Origin: Eledone cirrhosa
Lineage: Eukaryota
DNA: 64,000 bases
Assembly: GCA_964016885.1 (NCBI GenBank)
Contig: OZ024740.1
Coordinates: 153,264,001 to 153,328,000, forward strand
Reading direction: 5' to 3'
Below the pieces are notes generated by a model, which was given only the letters and a program-made list of their open reading frames with translations, made no database searches and was not told the origin of the DNA. Position numbers and translations under genes: made by a program. Shown here piece by piece: positions 43,837 to 56,175 of the stretch; positions within the stretch are counted from its first letter, which is position 1; every line of letters starts with the position of its first letter.

Positions 43837-43837
43837 A

Positions 43838-43874
<37 letters not shown>

Positions 43875-43887
43875 CTATATATATAGC

Positions 43888-44818
43888 TGTACCAGCTAAT
43901 CTGCCTATGACTATTCTTCCTCTGCAATCTTGCGGTGGTTTCTAGGTAGGTTATCTTTTCTTTAAATCCGCTGCGGGCGAGTGCTTCATTGTAGTAGGAG
44001 GCAGAGGCGTTAAAAATATCTTCGTTGGCAGAGAGGCCAGAGATTCTAATAGAGACGCTTTTTACTAAGTTATCAGTGATGTTTTTGGGGTGGTTAGAAT
44101 TAACATTAATATATCTAAGGGACTCGCAAGATTGCAGAGGAAGAATAGGCTGGTACAACCCCCCCCCTTCAATATAGAGGTCTCTACACCGATAGCTAGG
44201 ATTTTCTTCACTTTGCTGAAAACACACTTCGCCATACAACATAGGTACTACACCATCTTTAATAAGAACACAATAAGACTCTCCTACTCCACCACACCTA
44301 ACCACAATTCTAAAAAATTAAATAAGCCAACCACCTCCGAACCTAATCTCCGGACTGGTGCCTTGTGTAATTGCCTAAATAAGGAAGCCTGCCCACTTGA
44401 AAACAAATGCCTGACAAATGATATCGTATACAAATAGGATGTCATCTCAGGCACCGATGATTGCAATAACAAAAAGACTTACATTGGCATGACTTCCAAT
44501 AACTTTAAGACCCGTTGGTATGCCCATACCCACTTCTTCAGAAGACCGGACAAATCAAACCAGACAACACTCGCCTCCTATGTTTGGGACCTCAAAAGGA
44601 ACTCCACCCCCTTCACGCTTAAATGGAAAATATTCCAGAAAGCGCGCTCTTACAACGGAGGACACAAGGGCTGCGACCTTTGTATCTCAGAGAGCTATGA
44701 AATTGTATTCGCCAAGGGCCTGCTACTGAACAAACTCTCTGAACACTGCTCGAAATGCATGCACAAGAACTTTGCAGCTTTTAAATACCTTAAGCCAGTG
44801 TTAATGCCCGATGGCTAA
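43888..44818 (+). mobile_element. Penelope-like element fragment: inverted RT-thumb piece (43888-44120, minus) + linker/GIY-YIG endonuclease (44125-44818, plus)
   Basis: Minus: YINVNSNHPKNI...RISGLSANEDIF. Plus: FNKNTIRLSYS, CNC..CPLENKC, IVYK, YIGMTSNNFKTRW, CDLC, LLNK..C.H; one in-frame stop. Confidence 0.88.
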
Positions 44819-45009
44819 AAACGACTTCCTCCTTTTAGCCCCTCTACCTCCTTCCCACCCCACCCCCACCCCTCCTCAACCTGAAATACGTCCACTATGG
44901 TTATGTAAGTACCTCTTACCTATCTGCATTTCCTGCCTGTAGAGCTGTTTTTATGAGCCTGTGTATATGCGTGTATTTATGAGTACTTATCTGTGTATAT
45001 ATGTATATG

Positions 45010-45064
<55 letters not shown>

Positions 45065-45069
<5 letters not shown>

Positions 45070-45257
45070 CGAAGGAAATGTGGTTAGGAACCAGATGGAC
45101 CATAACGCACCAAAGTACTCAATACTTAGGGTAGTAGAGTGGGTAATAGGAACGAGTAGGACCCCGACGGCTGAGCCCTTTCGACGGCTAATTCTGGACT
45201 CAGAATTATCCGTCGAAACGGCTTGAGCTCAGCCGTCGGGGTCCTACTCGTTCCTAT
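45065..45257. mobile_element. pLTR-like short element with a fold-back hairpin and hammerhead 3' half; relatives at 56480-56607 and 56871-56947
   Basis: ataggaacgagtaggaccccgacggctgagc and its exact reverse complement; GAAAcggct-tgagctc-agccGTC stem III motif; embedded in (TA)n. Confidence 0.65.
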
Positions 45258-45410
45258 ATATATATATATGTGTGTGTGTATATATATATATGTGTGTATG
45301 TATATATATGTGTGTATGTATATATATGTGTGTGTGTGTATATATGTGTGTGTGTGTATATATATGTGTGTGTGTGTGTGTGTATATATATGTGTGTGTG
45401 TGTATATATA

Positions 45411-45441
<31 letters not shown>

Positions 45442-45716
45442 GTGTGTGTGTGTGTGTATATATATGTGTGTGTGTGTGTGTATATATATATGTGTGTGTG
45501 TGTGTATATATATGTGTGTGTGTGTATATATGTGTGTGTGTGTATATATATGTGTGTGTATATATGTGTGTGTGTATATATATATGTGTGTGTGTGTATA
45601 TATGTATGTATGTATGTGTGTGTGTGTATATATATATGTATGTAAGTGTATGTATATATATATATATATTTGTGTATATGTGTGTATATGTATGTGTATG
45701 TATATATGTATTTATA

Positions 45717-45747
<31 letters not shown>

Positions 45748-45952
45748 GTGTATATATACGTGTGTGTGTGTATATATATATGTATATGTGTGTATATGTA
45801 TGTATTTGTGTATGTGTGTATATGTGTATATATATGTATATGTATGTGTATGTCTGTGTGTATATGTGTGTATGTATGTATACATTTATGTGTATATGTG
45901 TGTATATGTATATGTATATATATGTATGTGTATGTATATGTATATATGTGTG

Positions 45953-45993
<41 letters not shown>

Positions 45994-46170
45994 ATATATA
46001 TGTGTATATGTGTATGTATGTGTGTGTATGTATATATGTTTATATGTATATATATATATATATGTGTGTATATATATGTGTGTATATATATGTGTATATG
46101 TGTATGTGTGTGTATGTATATATGTTTATATGTATATATATATATATATGTATGTGTATGTGTGTGTATG

Positions 46171-46227
<57 letters not shown>

Positions 46228-46270
46228 ATATGTATGTATATATGCATACCTGTGTGTATGTGTGTATATA
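45256..46270. repeat. (TA)n/(TG)n compound microsatellite
   Basis: Directly visible. Confidence 0.97.
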
Positions 46271-46513
46271 AACTGAAAATTAGAATTGGCGCTCTGAAAT
46301 AGCTATATATATATATGAATGTATATATAGTGTATTTTGCTGAAAATTTAAAGTAAGTGAGACTGTCACTACTCTAAAACAATAGCGTAAGGTCTTCAAA
46401 ATGCTTTTAATTAAACATACAGTGTATTGCAAAATACACTATATATACATTCATAAATATATATATATATACATATATATATACATATACTCTCTATACC
46501 TTTCATTTATATT

Positions 46514-46548
<35 letters not shown>

Positions 46549-46566
46549 ATATATATATATACATAC

Positions 46567-46606
<40 letters not shown>

Positions 46607-46650
46607 GATTATAATAGTATTTATACTTATATATATAAATTATATGTAAT

Positions 46651-46691
<41 letters not shown>

Positions 46692-46956
46692 AAAACGTAT
46701 ATATATATACGTTTAAATTTGGTGGTTCACCACTGGGTAGGATTGATCATTCTGCAATGTCAAGCTTGATGTAGGAAAGCACTCGACACTACGCAACTCA
46801 TCAATCTATCTATCTACCAATATATATATTTTAATTCTATGTTTCTTTTTGTATCTAATAATTTTTCTCTCTCTTTTTCAATAAATAACCTAACCCTAAC
46901 CCTAAACCCTAGTCAGTAATTTTACTTGTGGTTCACCGCTTAACAGTTTCACTTTC

Positions 46957-47017
<61 letters not shown>

Positions 47018-47179
47018 CAAAATGTTAACAAATGAAAAATATTCTCATAATCAAAATATATATTTTATTATACATATTTCAAAGGTACTATGGTGTTTAA
47101 GTACGTTTTCATCAGACAAAATATATGATTTGATATGTGACATACCGCTATGGTTTTGATTATTCAATTCCAGTATTGG

Positions 47180-47219
<40 letters not shown>

Positions 47220-48082
47220 ATCATCTGGTCATTAGCTGCTTATATAAACTTTGCATCTGCATTATGAGAAGTTTGGAAGTCATCTCGTAACATTTGTATA
47301 TTCTCCGGCAATTTATCTAACATCCAGCAGATCCAGTTGAGAGCGATGTTGTGCGGGAGAATGAATGCAAGCATGCATATGTGGTTTTAATTGTTTCAAA
47401 CTTAAAAAAACTGTCAATATATCCCTTGGTCTTGGACTTGCTTGAAACTTGCCAACAGCTAGTGAAGTATTAAGAATGGCGAAAACTTCGAAGTGGGGTT
47501 TTTGAAAGAAACGAAAACGTCTTTAACCATCATCTAGTTTCATTGATAGTTTTACAAGAGCGAAATGCTGCCTCAAGATATTCATTCATTCCCCAATAAG
47601 ATATCCAAAATAATACTGCAATATAATTAAATAGTGAGAAAAATGATGCGCCAGTTACTATCTGTAACTTCGGTCCAAACGAGATTTAACACATCCTTTT
47701 ATCCAGTATATTAATTACGTCGATCAACAAGATGCCATTCCTCATTCGCTTGCCGAGTGGGGTGGACCTCGTCAAATCGGACCAAGGCGACAATGTTTCC
47801 ATTGGTTTTTTCCATTGCTGATACTGCCTACCGGTTGCAACTCCTGGTAGAAAGAAAAATGTGAAATAAAGAGTCTTGCTCAAGGACACAACGCATCACC
47901 TGGTCCGCGAATTGAACTTGCAACCTCACGATTGCAAATCAAACTCTCTAACCACTAAGCCACGCGCCTTCTACATAACGTAACTCATGTGAAATAGCTT
48001 CAGATGTATTTTGCAAGTTGTCTGTATGGTGTTATGTACAGCTATTGACGCTATAATATCGATTATTTATTTCTTACGTTAG

Positions 48083-48121
48083 ATGATCGGGATATGAAAA
48101 ATTACGGAAACAAAAAAATAG
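48083..48121 (+). CDS. 39-nt phase 1-1 exon: (D)DRDMKNYGNKKI
   Basis: ttatttcttacgttag| and AG|gtaagt consensus donor; open in phase 1. Confidence 0.65.
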
Positions 48122-48127
48122 GTAAGT

Positions 48128-48565
48128 CTTCTTCTTCTTCTTCTTCTTCTCATTTCTCAAACATTCCTTCTAGTGGGTCCTGTCAGAAGCAACCGTTCCA
48201 ACTGATCTGGCTGGATCCCCAAGTGAGTCCATCCAAGTTCATGGATGTTATCCAACCATCTTGCTCGGGGTCTACCTCGAGGTCTCCCGCCGGTTGGTTT
48301 TGCTCACAAAATCTGTCCAGCGATTCCTTCTTGAGGCATTCTAACCACATGCCCATAGTATCGGAGCTGTAATATCCAAATTTGGAGACGTAGCGGCTCT
48401 ACATGAATTGACTCTCTGATCTCCGAGCTATGCACTCTATCGAGTAATGTTACTCCAAAGACCCTTCGGAGGAACCCCAATTCGACCGTTTGTATTCATG
48501 ATCGTATTCTTTCTGCCATTACCCAAGATTTATGACCATATGTAAGGATTTGCACGAAAACCTAA
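48128..48565 (-). mobile_element. RTE-type LINE 3' relic
   Basis: Minus-strand translation GHVVRMP...GRPRGRPRARWLDNI; (GAA)n tail. Confidence 0.7.
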
Positions 48566-48603
48566 TTGAAGATAATCTGCATGGTATTATTTTATAATCA
48601 ATC

Positions 48604-48791
48604 GGGTGGTGGATTGGCAGTATCGGTAGAGGGTCGGACGCCATGCTTTCCAGCATAGTTACGTCCCTTTACGATCTGAGTTCAAATCCCGCCGAGGTTG
48701 ACTTTGCCTTTCATCCTTACGGGGTCGATAAAATAAAGTACCAGTAATGCACTGGGTAATTGCTGGCCTTGTGCCTAAAGTAGAAACAATT
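48604..48791 (+). mobile_element. Full-length SINE with 18-bp TSD
   Basis: TSD attattttataatcaatc at 48586-48603 and 48789-48806. Confidence 0.92.
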
Positions 48792-49298
48792 ATTTTATAA
48801 TCAATCAAATAATATTCTGAGCGTCACTGATGATCATACAGCATAACTTTACGAAGACGTACAATAAAACTGGTAACCATACACAGTTGTCATCTGTATT
48901 TAATGAATTTATACATCAATAGATTATTACACACCAACTATTCCATACAATCTATTATTATAAATATATTAAAGGGTGATGGATTAGACGATAGGCTGGT
49001 TCTATTCAAGTTCTGAGGTCAAATCTTGCCGAGGTTAATTTGACTTATATATTTCCAGGATCAATAAAATAATTTACTAGTCACAATAATATACTTACAG
49101 AATATTATAGACAATCGAAATCATTGAGAAGATAATGTATATAGCATTATTTTTTTAGTATTATACGTACATACACTCACATACATACCTAGACACACAC
49201 AAGTGCATGTGAGTATGTAGGTAGCTATATATACATATGCTTATATATAAATACATGACGTATATGTATGCAATATAATTCGATATTAATATTTTCAG

Positions 49299-49334
49299 AG
49301 TTGCCTACAAATGTTTTTGTGAACATGAATATCG
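49299..49334 (+). CDS. 36-nt phase 1-1 exon: (E)LPTNVFVNMNI
   Basis: taatattttcag| and CG|gtgcgt; open in phase 1. Confidence 0.55.
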
Positions 49335-49387
49335 GTGCGTATGTCTATTTTTCATAATTATTGCTTTCCGTGTATATTGTATTAAAA

Positions 49388-49431
49388 ATGCTAGCAGAAA
49401 AACCACGCTTCGGGTGGTTTTCTGCTAGCAT
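49388..49431. repeat. 44-bp near-perfect hairpin
   Basis: atgctagcagaaaaaccac-gcttcgg-gtggttttctgctagcat. Confidence 0.85.
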
Positions 49432-50347
49432 GTGTAGTGTGCAAGTATATATGCATGTAGAGATGATACATCAAATAAAAATATACATATAGATATGATA
49501 CATCAAATAAAATAGTAATTGACAATATACACAGAAATTGAACTGTGTTATGTAATCAGTAACGTAATCCATGATACATTAAAAAAAAGACGATATTATA
49601 TATAAACTGCATTAGGAGAAAATTAGTGACGGAAATATATGAATGTTTATTTAAGCGATCGCTAACCAGAAGTGTTGACATTTGAAAATGTTAAAGAAGT
49701 GAATCTTAAAATAAGCAACAAAATTATTTATATTTAATCAAGAATAACGAAATTTAGTAGATAAATTATGTAATATTCATTCATTATTTATTCAAAGTAA
49801 TCCAACTTATTTTACAAACGGGATAAAAATATATATTCTGGACGCAGTCCCGCACTCCTTACTTTATTATAGTTTAGATAATGGTGAAGAAATCACTTGC
49901 GTAGTTACGGGATTTCGGGTTAGAACCCACTACTTATGACCACAGTTAAATAAGCTTTACCATAATCTCGTAGTGTCCTAAGCATTGTAAGTGAAATTGA
50001 ATATATAAAAACTGTGAAAATGGCGGTGGAATGGACTATATATATATTTCGAACTTCCAGCATTGTCACGCACTAATTCTACCTTAGCTTTACGCCAAGA
50101 GTGCACAAGTATCTGCGGAATACTCAGCCATTTCCACGTAAATTCAAGGTAGTTAAGTTGATTGAAAAACTGAATACTCATTGAAAGTGACGAATAAAGA
50201 TGTGTATGTTTGTATATAGATATAAATAATTGTAATTGTTATATGCGTTTATATTTTTGTTTAACAACGACTTATATTTGTAATTATATTCTGAAAGAAT
50301 TGTGAGCAATTTGTAATATAATGTATGTATGTTTATATATATATATG

Positions 50348-50417
<70 letters not shown>

Positions 50418-50928
50418 CAAAATAAAGATCTGAAGGCATGGTATAAATTTACAATCATTTTAATCACGACACATGTTTCAATAAGAGATAGATCGATTAT
50501 CACTGATCTCGTCAGGTGAAAATGAATTGTCTTCAAATCCTTGATATGAGGGAGAAAATTTAACGATGTTTACTCACTAGAGTTTTGTCCCCATATGAAG
50601 ATTAAGCAGCCAAAACACGCCGACTGCTATCGTCCTCAGTTAGGGTCATAAAACTATCAAATCTCTATCTCTCAATAGCTGTAAAAGACGCTGGACGGGT
50701 CTAATCTCAACATCAAATCTTTAGAATTACAGTCGGTCACAGTTAGTGTGAGTGAGTATACACACACTCACACACACCGACGCGAGGTCGAAGAAAAAAA
50801 AATATATATATATACCAACATAGTATTCACCGAAAGTTAGTTTACAAAACAACAAATGTTATATTGGTCAAATCTCAATTTGACGATGTAAATTGGAGAA
50901 ATTGGATCAACCGCAACCCTATACACAC

Positions 50929-51298
50929 GTAGTCTACGACTGTAAGGTCTCCACTTTAGATAGAACCTTCAGGTATGTTGGGGAAACTGCCACTGAATTT
51001 AAGGATAGATTGTATAATCACCACCATACCTTTAATAGTTTAGATAAAAAAAAACAGCACGGCGCTTTCTGAATTAGTCTGGAAGCTTAAACAACAGAAT
51101 ATAGAGCACTCCTTATCCTGGTCTATAATTTGCTCAGCCCAGCCTTATAACGCCAGCACAGGCGTCTGTAATTTATGTATAGCTGAAACCTTTAATATTA
51201 TTAGAGGCGGCCCCCTATTAATCAATAGGAGAGCGGATCTTTTCAGCAACTGCCAACATAGAACCTCGAAAACCTTCCGCAGGATTTTTGGAAAGTAA
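50929..51298 (+). pseudogene. GIY-YIG endonuclease fragment (not in the ORF track; frameshift in an A run)
   Basis: Manual translation: VVYDCKV...RYVGETATEFKDRLYNH...STALSELVWKLK...CNLCIAE...LINRRADLFSNCQHR. Confidence 0.85.
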
Positions 51299-52630
51299 CC
51301 TACCACTAACTCATCCCTTTTTACCTTAGCCATAGAGTTCTCTCAATTAGCAAAAAAAAAAAAAAACAGACAATCACACACTGAGGTAGTAGACAGCTAA
51401 GATCGTTTGCGCACTTACAAACGGTACTCGGTTTGTTTCCACAGAGTTCTCACAGCTGAATGCACATTTACCACTACTTTAGAATACCTAGTTAGTAAAT
51501 AGTTAGAATGATTACACACTCAGTTAAGACCGATTACGCGCATTCACCATTACTTTAGAATACCCCAACCATTGAGTTTTCTCGGTTAGTAAATAGTTAG
51601 ACGTATTACACACTCAGTTAAGACCGATTACGCTCTTTATACATGACTCTATACACAGTACCCGGTTTCTTTAGACATGGAGTTCCCACAGTTATGACTG
51701 GTCACGATCCTATCAATTGAACACTACACTAGGTTTTGATCCGTGATCATCTAACCATGGAGTGCTCACGGTTACTGATTGGACAATATTACTTACACAC
51801 CATTAATGGGCTTACACATATCCTCGGGGTTTTGCTATTCTTTTTTATTTTATTTTATTTTATTTCTGTGTTGGGTAACACACCCCCACCACTCAAACAC
51901 CTATCTTAAAAGCCCAAGGGCCCATATGACGGGAAAACGCACATACTGACACCTTAACTCAAATACCCAACCCACAGAGCCCCTTGGTGGCATACATGGA
52001 GGTTGCTTGCACGCACAGATTTGGGGACTCAGATTCTCAATAGGACAACGGCACATACAGAGTTCGATATGAGCTGACTACTTGCTCTTCACATGGATGT
52101 GTATTTACCAAAACATACACTTTTTTGGACGATACGGATGTGTATATACCAAAACATACACTATTTACAATTCAATCTATACACGTATAGCAGAGCATTG
52201 AACTGAATTTACTTGCGTGTGTATAGGGTTGCGGTTGACCCAATTTCTCCAATTTACATCGTCAAATTGAGATTTGACCAATATAACATTTGTTGTTTTG
52301 TAAACTAACTTTCAGTGAATACTATGTTGGTATATATATATATCTTTTTTCTTTTTTCTTCGACCTCGCGTCGGTGTGTGTGAGTGTGTGTGTACTCACT
52401 CACTAACTGTGACCGACTGTAATTCTAAAGATTTGATGTTGAGATTAGACCCGTCCAGCGTCTTTTACAGCTATTGAGAGATAGAGACTTGATAGTTTTA
52501 TGACCCTAACTGAGGACGATAGCAGTCGGCGTGTTTTGGCTGCTTAATCTTCATATGGGGGACAAAACTCTAGTGAGTGAACATCGTTAAATTTTCTCCC
52601 TAATATAAAGAATTTGAAGACAATTCATTT

Positions 52631-52704
52631 TCACCTGACGAGATCAGTGATAATCGATCATGGCTGCACGATCGATCTATCTCTTATTGAAACATGTGTC
52701 GTGA
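52631..52704 (+). ncRNA. Hammerhead-like motif in pLTR (inverted copy 50464-50519)
   Basis: tcac CTGACGA ... GAAA catgt GTC gtga; stem II irregular. Confidence 0.55.
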
Positions 52705-52913
52705 TTAAAATGATTGGAAATTTATACCATGCCTTCGGATCTTTATTTTGATACAAATACTCCGTTTTACATCATCTAGCTGTTCCCATAAATGGAATTG
52801 GAGATATACAAAAGCGTGGAGAACTTAATATTGCTAACAAAAGTTTATTGGACTGTATGACACAACCAATAATACACTTTACTTTATAACAACTATATAT
52901 ATATATGTACATA

Positions 52914-52990
<77 letters not shown>

Positions 52991-53054
52991 CGTTATATTT
53001 GTAATTATATTCTGAAAGAACTGTGAACAATTTGTAATATAATGTATGTATGTT

Positions 53055-53085
<31 letters not shown>

Positions 53086-53150
53086 GGATTCTACAGGACT
53101 AGAACTGTTTCATTCGAGAGAAATCATCAGGTAGCCATCAGGGCTTTGGG

Positions 53151-53199
53151 GCTTCCTGATGATTTCTCCCGAATGAAACATTTCTATTCCTGTAGAAGC
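53151..53199 (+). ncRNA. Hammerhead motif with an inverted copy at 53089-53131
   Basis: gcttc CTGATGA tttctcccgaat GAAA cat..ctg TA gaagc; the inverted copy has an intact cag/ctg stem III. Confidence 0.7.
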
Positions 53200-53295
53200 C
53201 ATTTCTATATTAAATATTTATACTCTACTATGTATTGAGTACCTTACTTACTGTGGTTACCCCCGATTGCAGCCGGGATAAACACACACACACAT

Positions 53296-53386
<91 letters not shown>

Positions 53387-53884
53387 ATATATACACGCAC
53401 ATACATTATATTATATTATATTATATATCATATAATAAAAATGAATGAAGAAACTGCTAAGGTTTCCACCATAAAATGATAGAGATTCGGGGAAAATGGA
53501 AATAGATCCACTGACGGAATTCAAATCAACGTAGTTACTGTTTTACCGGGTGGGCGTGCTACCGTATACATACCAGAGAGCCCGCCATTATCTCTATCGC
53601 AATCTAATTCTTTAACTGGATTTTCTTTTCTTTTGTTATCATATTTTAGTATTATGATGTTGTTTTTAAACTTTCCACTGTGTTACTTTTATCTCTATAA
53701 AATTTGAATATATTTTTTTATCATGGTTGATTTGATTTTCACTTAAATTTTTTATATTCGGCGATGATGAGTCAAATGTTAGTTAAGTTTTGGAGTCGAT
53801 TTAATCAACTAAATCTCTCCGGTATAAAAGTGCATTCATGTTATAATACATCATGTACTGTCTTTTTATTTCTTTTCATTCTAG

Positions 53885-53926
53885 AGAAAATCATAGTGAT
53901 GCCACTCGCAGGTGAAACAGAAGATG
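53885..53926 (+). CDS. 42-nt phase 1-1 exon: (E)KIIVMPLAGETED
   Basis: tttcttttcattctag| and G|gtaagt; open in phase 1. Confidence 0.68.
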
Positions 53927-54000
53927 GTAAGTTAATACATCACACACGCACACGCACACGCACACGCACACGCACACGCATACATATATATTTATATATT

Positions 54001-54518
54001 TGTGAAGGAACAGGGGTTATGTTGTTACTGGATAAAGTGTATTTATAAATAAGAGGAAAGCACGAACGAGGGGTAATTTCCCTTCATCAGTTGTCTTCTG
54101 GAGATCAAGGACATTTATACGCATTAAAGACAAGATGTCTAGCTCCAGTGCGTCAATAACTAAAGGAAGATATTGGGGAAAAATTGAGAGAGAGAAAAAA
54201 ATATAACAGAAGGGAAAAAAGGAAGAAAAAAAAACATTCCGAAGAGGGAGACCCACAGAAGCACGTGTAGTAGCAACGGAAGAGAAATAAAGGCTGTCAA
54301 CAACAGCTACTGGACTTGAGACTGAGGCTGAGTAGACGGTGAAACAGAGAGCGAAAAAACAGGTCTGACCTCCGCGAGAGTAGAAAAACAAAGAGGCAGA
54401 GTCGAGAAAAACAGCGGGGTAGCTAGCAGCGAGAGGGAGAGTAAAAGTGAGAGAAAGAAAGAGAGGGGAAGAGTTGATAGCGACAAAGTAGATAAGGAGA
54501 AAGAGAGAACAGGTCACA
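54001..54518. mobile_element. Solo-LTR-like segment with a partial tandem copy (54538-54610)
   Basis: TGTGA...TCACA termini; the start tgtgaaggaacagggg is repeated; no TSD seen. Confidence 0.4.
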
Positions 54519-54619
54519 GCAAAATTAAATAAAAATTTGTGAAGGAACAGGGGCTGTGTTGTTGCTGGAGATCATGGACATTTCTACGCATTAATGACAA
54601 GATGTCTAGACGACAACTG

Positions 54620-55660
54620 CACAATAAACTGAGATTTGGTTTTCAACTCAATCCACTCTCATTCTATTCCCTTGCTCGCAGCTTGCCAAAGACATCACTA
54701 GCCCAGGCGATCCTATTCCCTAGTTCACCATCTAAAGAGTTGATTTATGAAAAGGACCTCTCATATTTTGAGGCTTGTTATCAATAAGAATTTTACGTAA
54801 TGGTGCATTTTAAATGGTTGCCGGTAGTATTATGCCTCTTCTTTGAATATTTGTTGGTTTTGGCTGGTATATGACTTCTCTCGTAGAGGAAAACTCGCTT
54901 ACAACTTCTTGTGCTTCCCGGAAAGAATTATATACAAGAAGTCTAAAGCATTTTTATTCTAGTAAGGCTCAACGCCTTAAATCTCTGGTGATTGAAGAGC
55001 TCACCTGATGTTCTAAATTGAAACAAATCACCATTATTATGTGGATTGGCTGTAACGGTAGAGGGTCGGACGCCATGCTTTGACGCATAGAATTACGGCC
55101 CTTGCCATTCTGAGTTCAAATCCCGCCGAGGTTAACTTTGCCTTTCATCCTAACGAGGTCGATAAAATAAAGTACCAGTAATGCACTGGATAATGCTGGC
55201 CTTGTGCCAAACATAGAAACAATTATTATAGTCTTTAAAGGCATACTCTAACATCAAAGAAAAGTAAAAATCAAACAAAACATGAGCCACTATGCACCCT
55301 GACCCATTTGTTACGGGAAAATGATCTGATGAAGCTTCATCTGACTTACCAGAAGCTTGCACGATGGAAGGATGTTATAACATCTTATTAGGAATCTCAA
55401 TCGTCCTCAGCACTGTCCACAAACCATTACGATTGATTTAGTCAAAAACCTTTCTTAAATCAACAAAGTCTATACATATATGTATATTTATTTAACGCAT
55501 AACATTGTTACATCATTTTAAGCTACGTACTAAGAGCAGAATTTGACCTTGCCTCTAACACGGCATATAATATCACACGTTCACCAACATTTTCTCTGCC
55601 TCCACTGGTGATGTTAATCAAAGATCCAATGTACATTGATAATCATCATGCACTTTCTGA
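54620..55660 (-). mobile_element. Degenerate RTE-like RT relic interrupted by a SINE (55041-55224, +)
   Basis: Minus-strand FVDLRKVFD near 55440-55467 and FPVTNGSGCIVAHVLF. Confidence 0.55.
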
Positions 55661-56130
55661 TTTTCTAACACTGAAAATTTAGGTTGCATATCCTTGAAGG
55701 CGACGAATTGAGAGAGTCATTAATATTTTAGCTCTCTAAACTCTGAGTTTAAATAGCAACGAGATTAACTATGAAATATAGTACAGGTCCAGCGAGATAG
55801 ATTGTCAAAATGATTGCATCATTTGATGAAATGCCTTGAGGCGTTTGTTCTAGTGCTTTGTGATTTTATTTAAAATTCTGCTGGGGATTACTCGGTTTAG
55901 AGACTTAAATCAACGTCCAGTTTAACACTCCCCCGAATCTCTGATTTGCAAGCACTTAGAGCGGGTCTCTTATTTTATTAATATCTTCCAAGTCAGGGAG
56001 ATATCAAATGAGGTCATGGAAACTGCCCTTCCTTTCCCGACTAATCGTCAATAAAAGAATACCCAATATAAATCAAAATATATCTTTATTAGTAGAGACG
56101 CTTAATATTTATTTTTTCTTTTAATTTTAG

Positions 56131-56175
56131 AAGATAGCAAAAAAATAAAAACTGCTAAAATGAAGGCTCTATATG
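56131..56175 (+). CDS. 45-nt phase 1-1 exon: (E)DSKKIKTAKMKALY
   Basis: ttttttcttttaattttag| and G|gtaagc; open in phase 1. Confidence 0.68.

Larger units (their letters stand above)
50416..52752 (+). mobile_element. Penelope-like element with ~510-bp inverted pseudo-LTRs (50416-50929 and 52216-52752)
   Basis: The arms are reverse complements; a GIY-YIG fragment lies between them; hammerhead-like motif in each arm; flanked by (TA)n. Confidence 0.88.

Noticed and set aside
46331-46358. Perfect gtaagt donor suggesting another micro-exon
   Set aside because: No good acceptor upstream (ttttgctg, not -cag) giving a 3n exon.
46885-46912. (TAACCC)n telomere-like repeat
   Set aside because: Only about four imperfect units, interstitial; no evidence of a chromosome end.
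49880-50150. Possible structured ncRNA or tRNA
   Set aside because: Resembles the decayed SINE body also seen at 60300-60440; no cloverleaf could be drawn.
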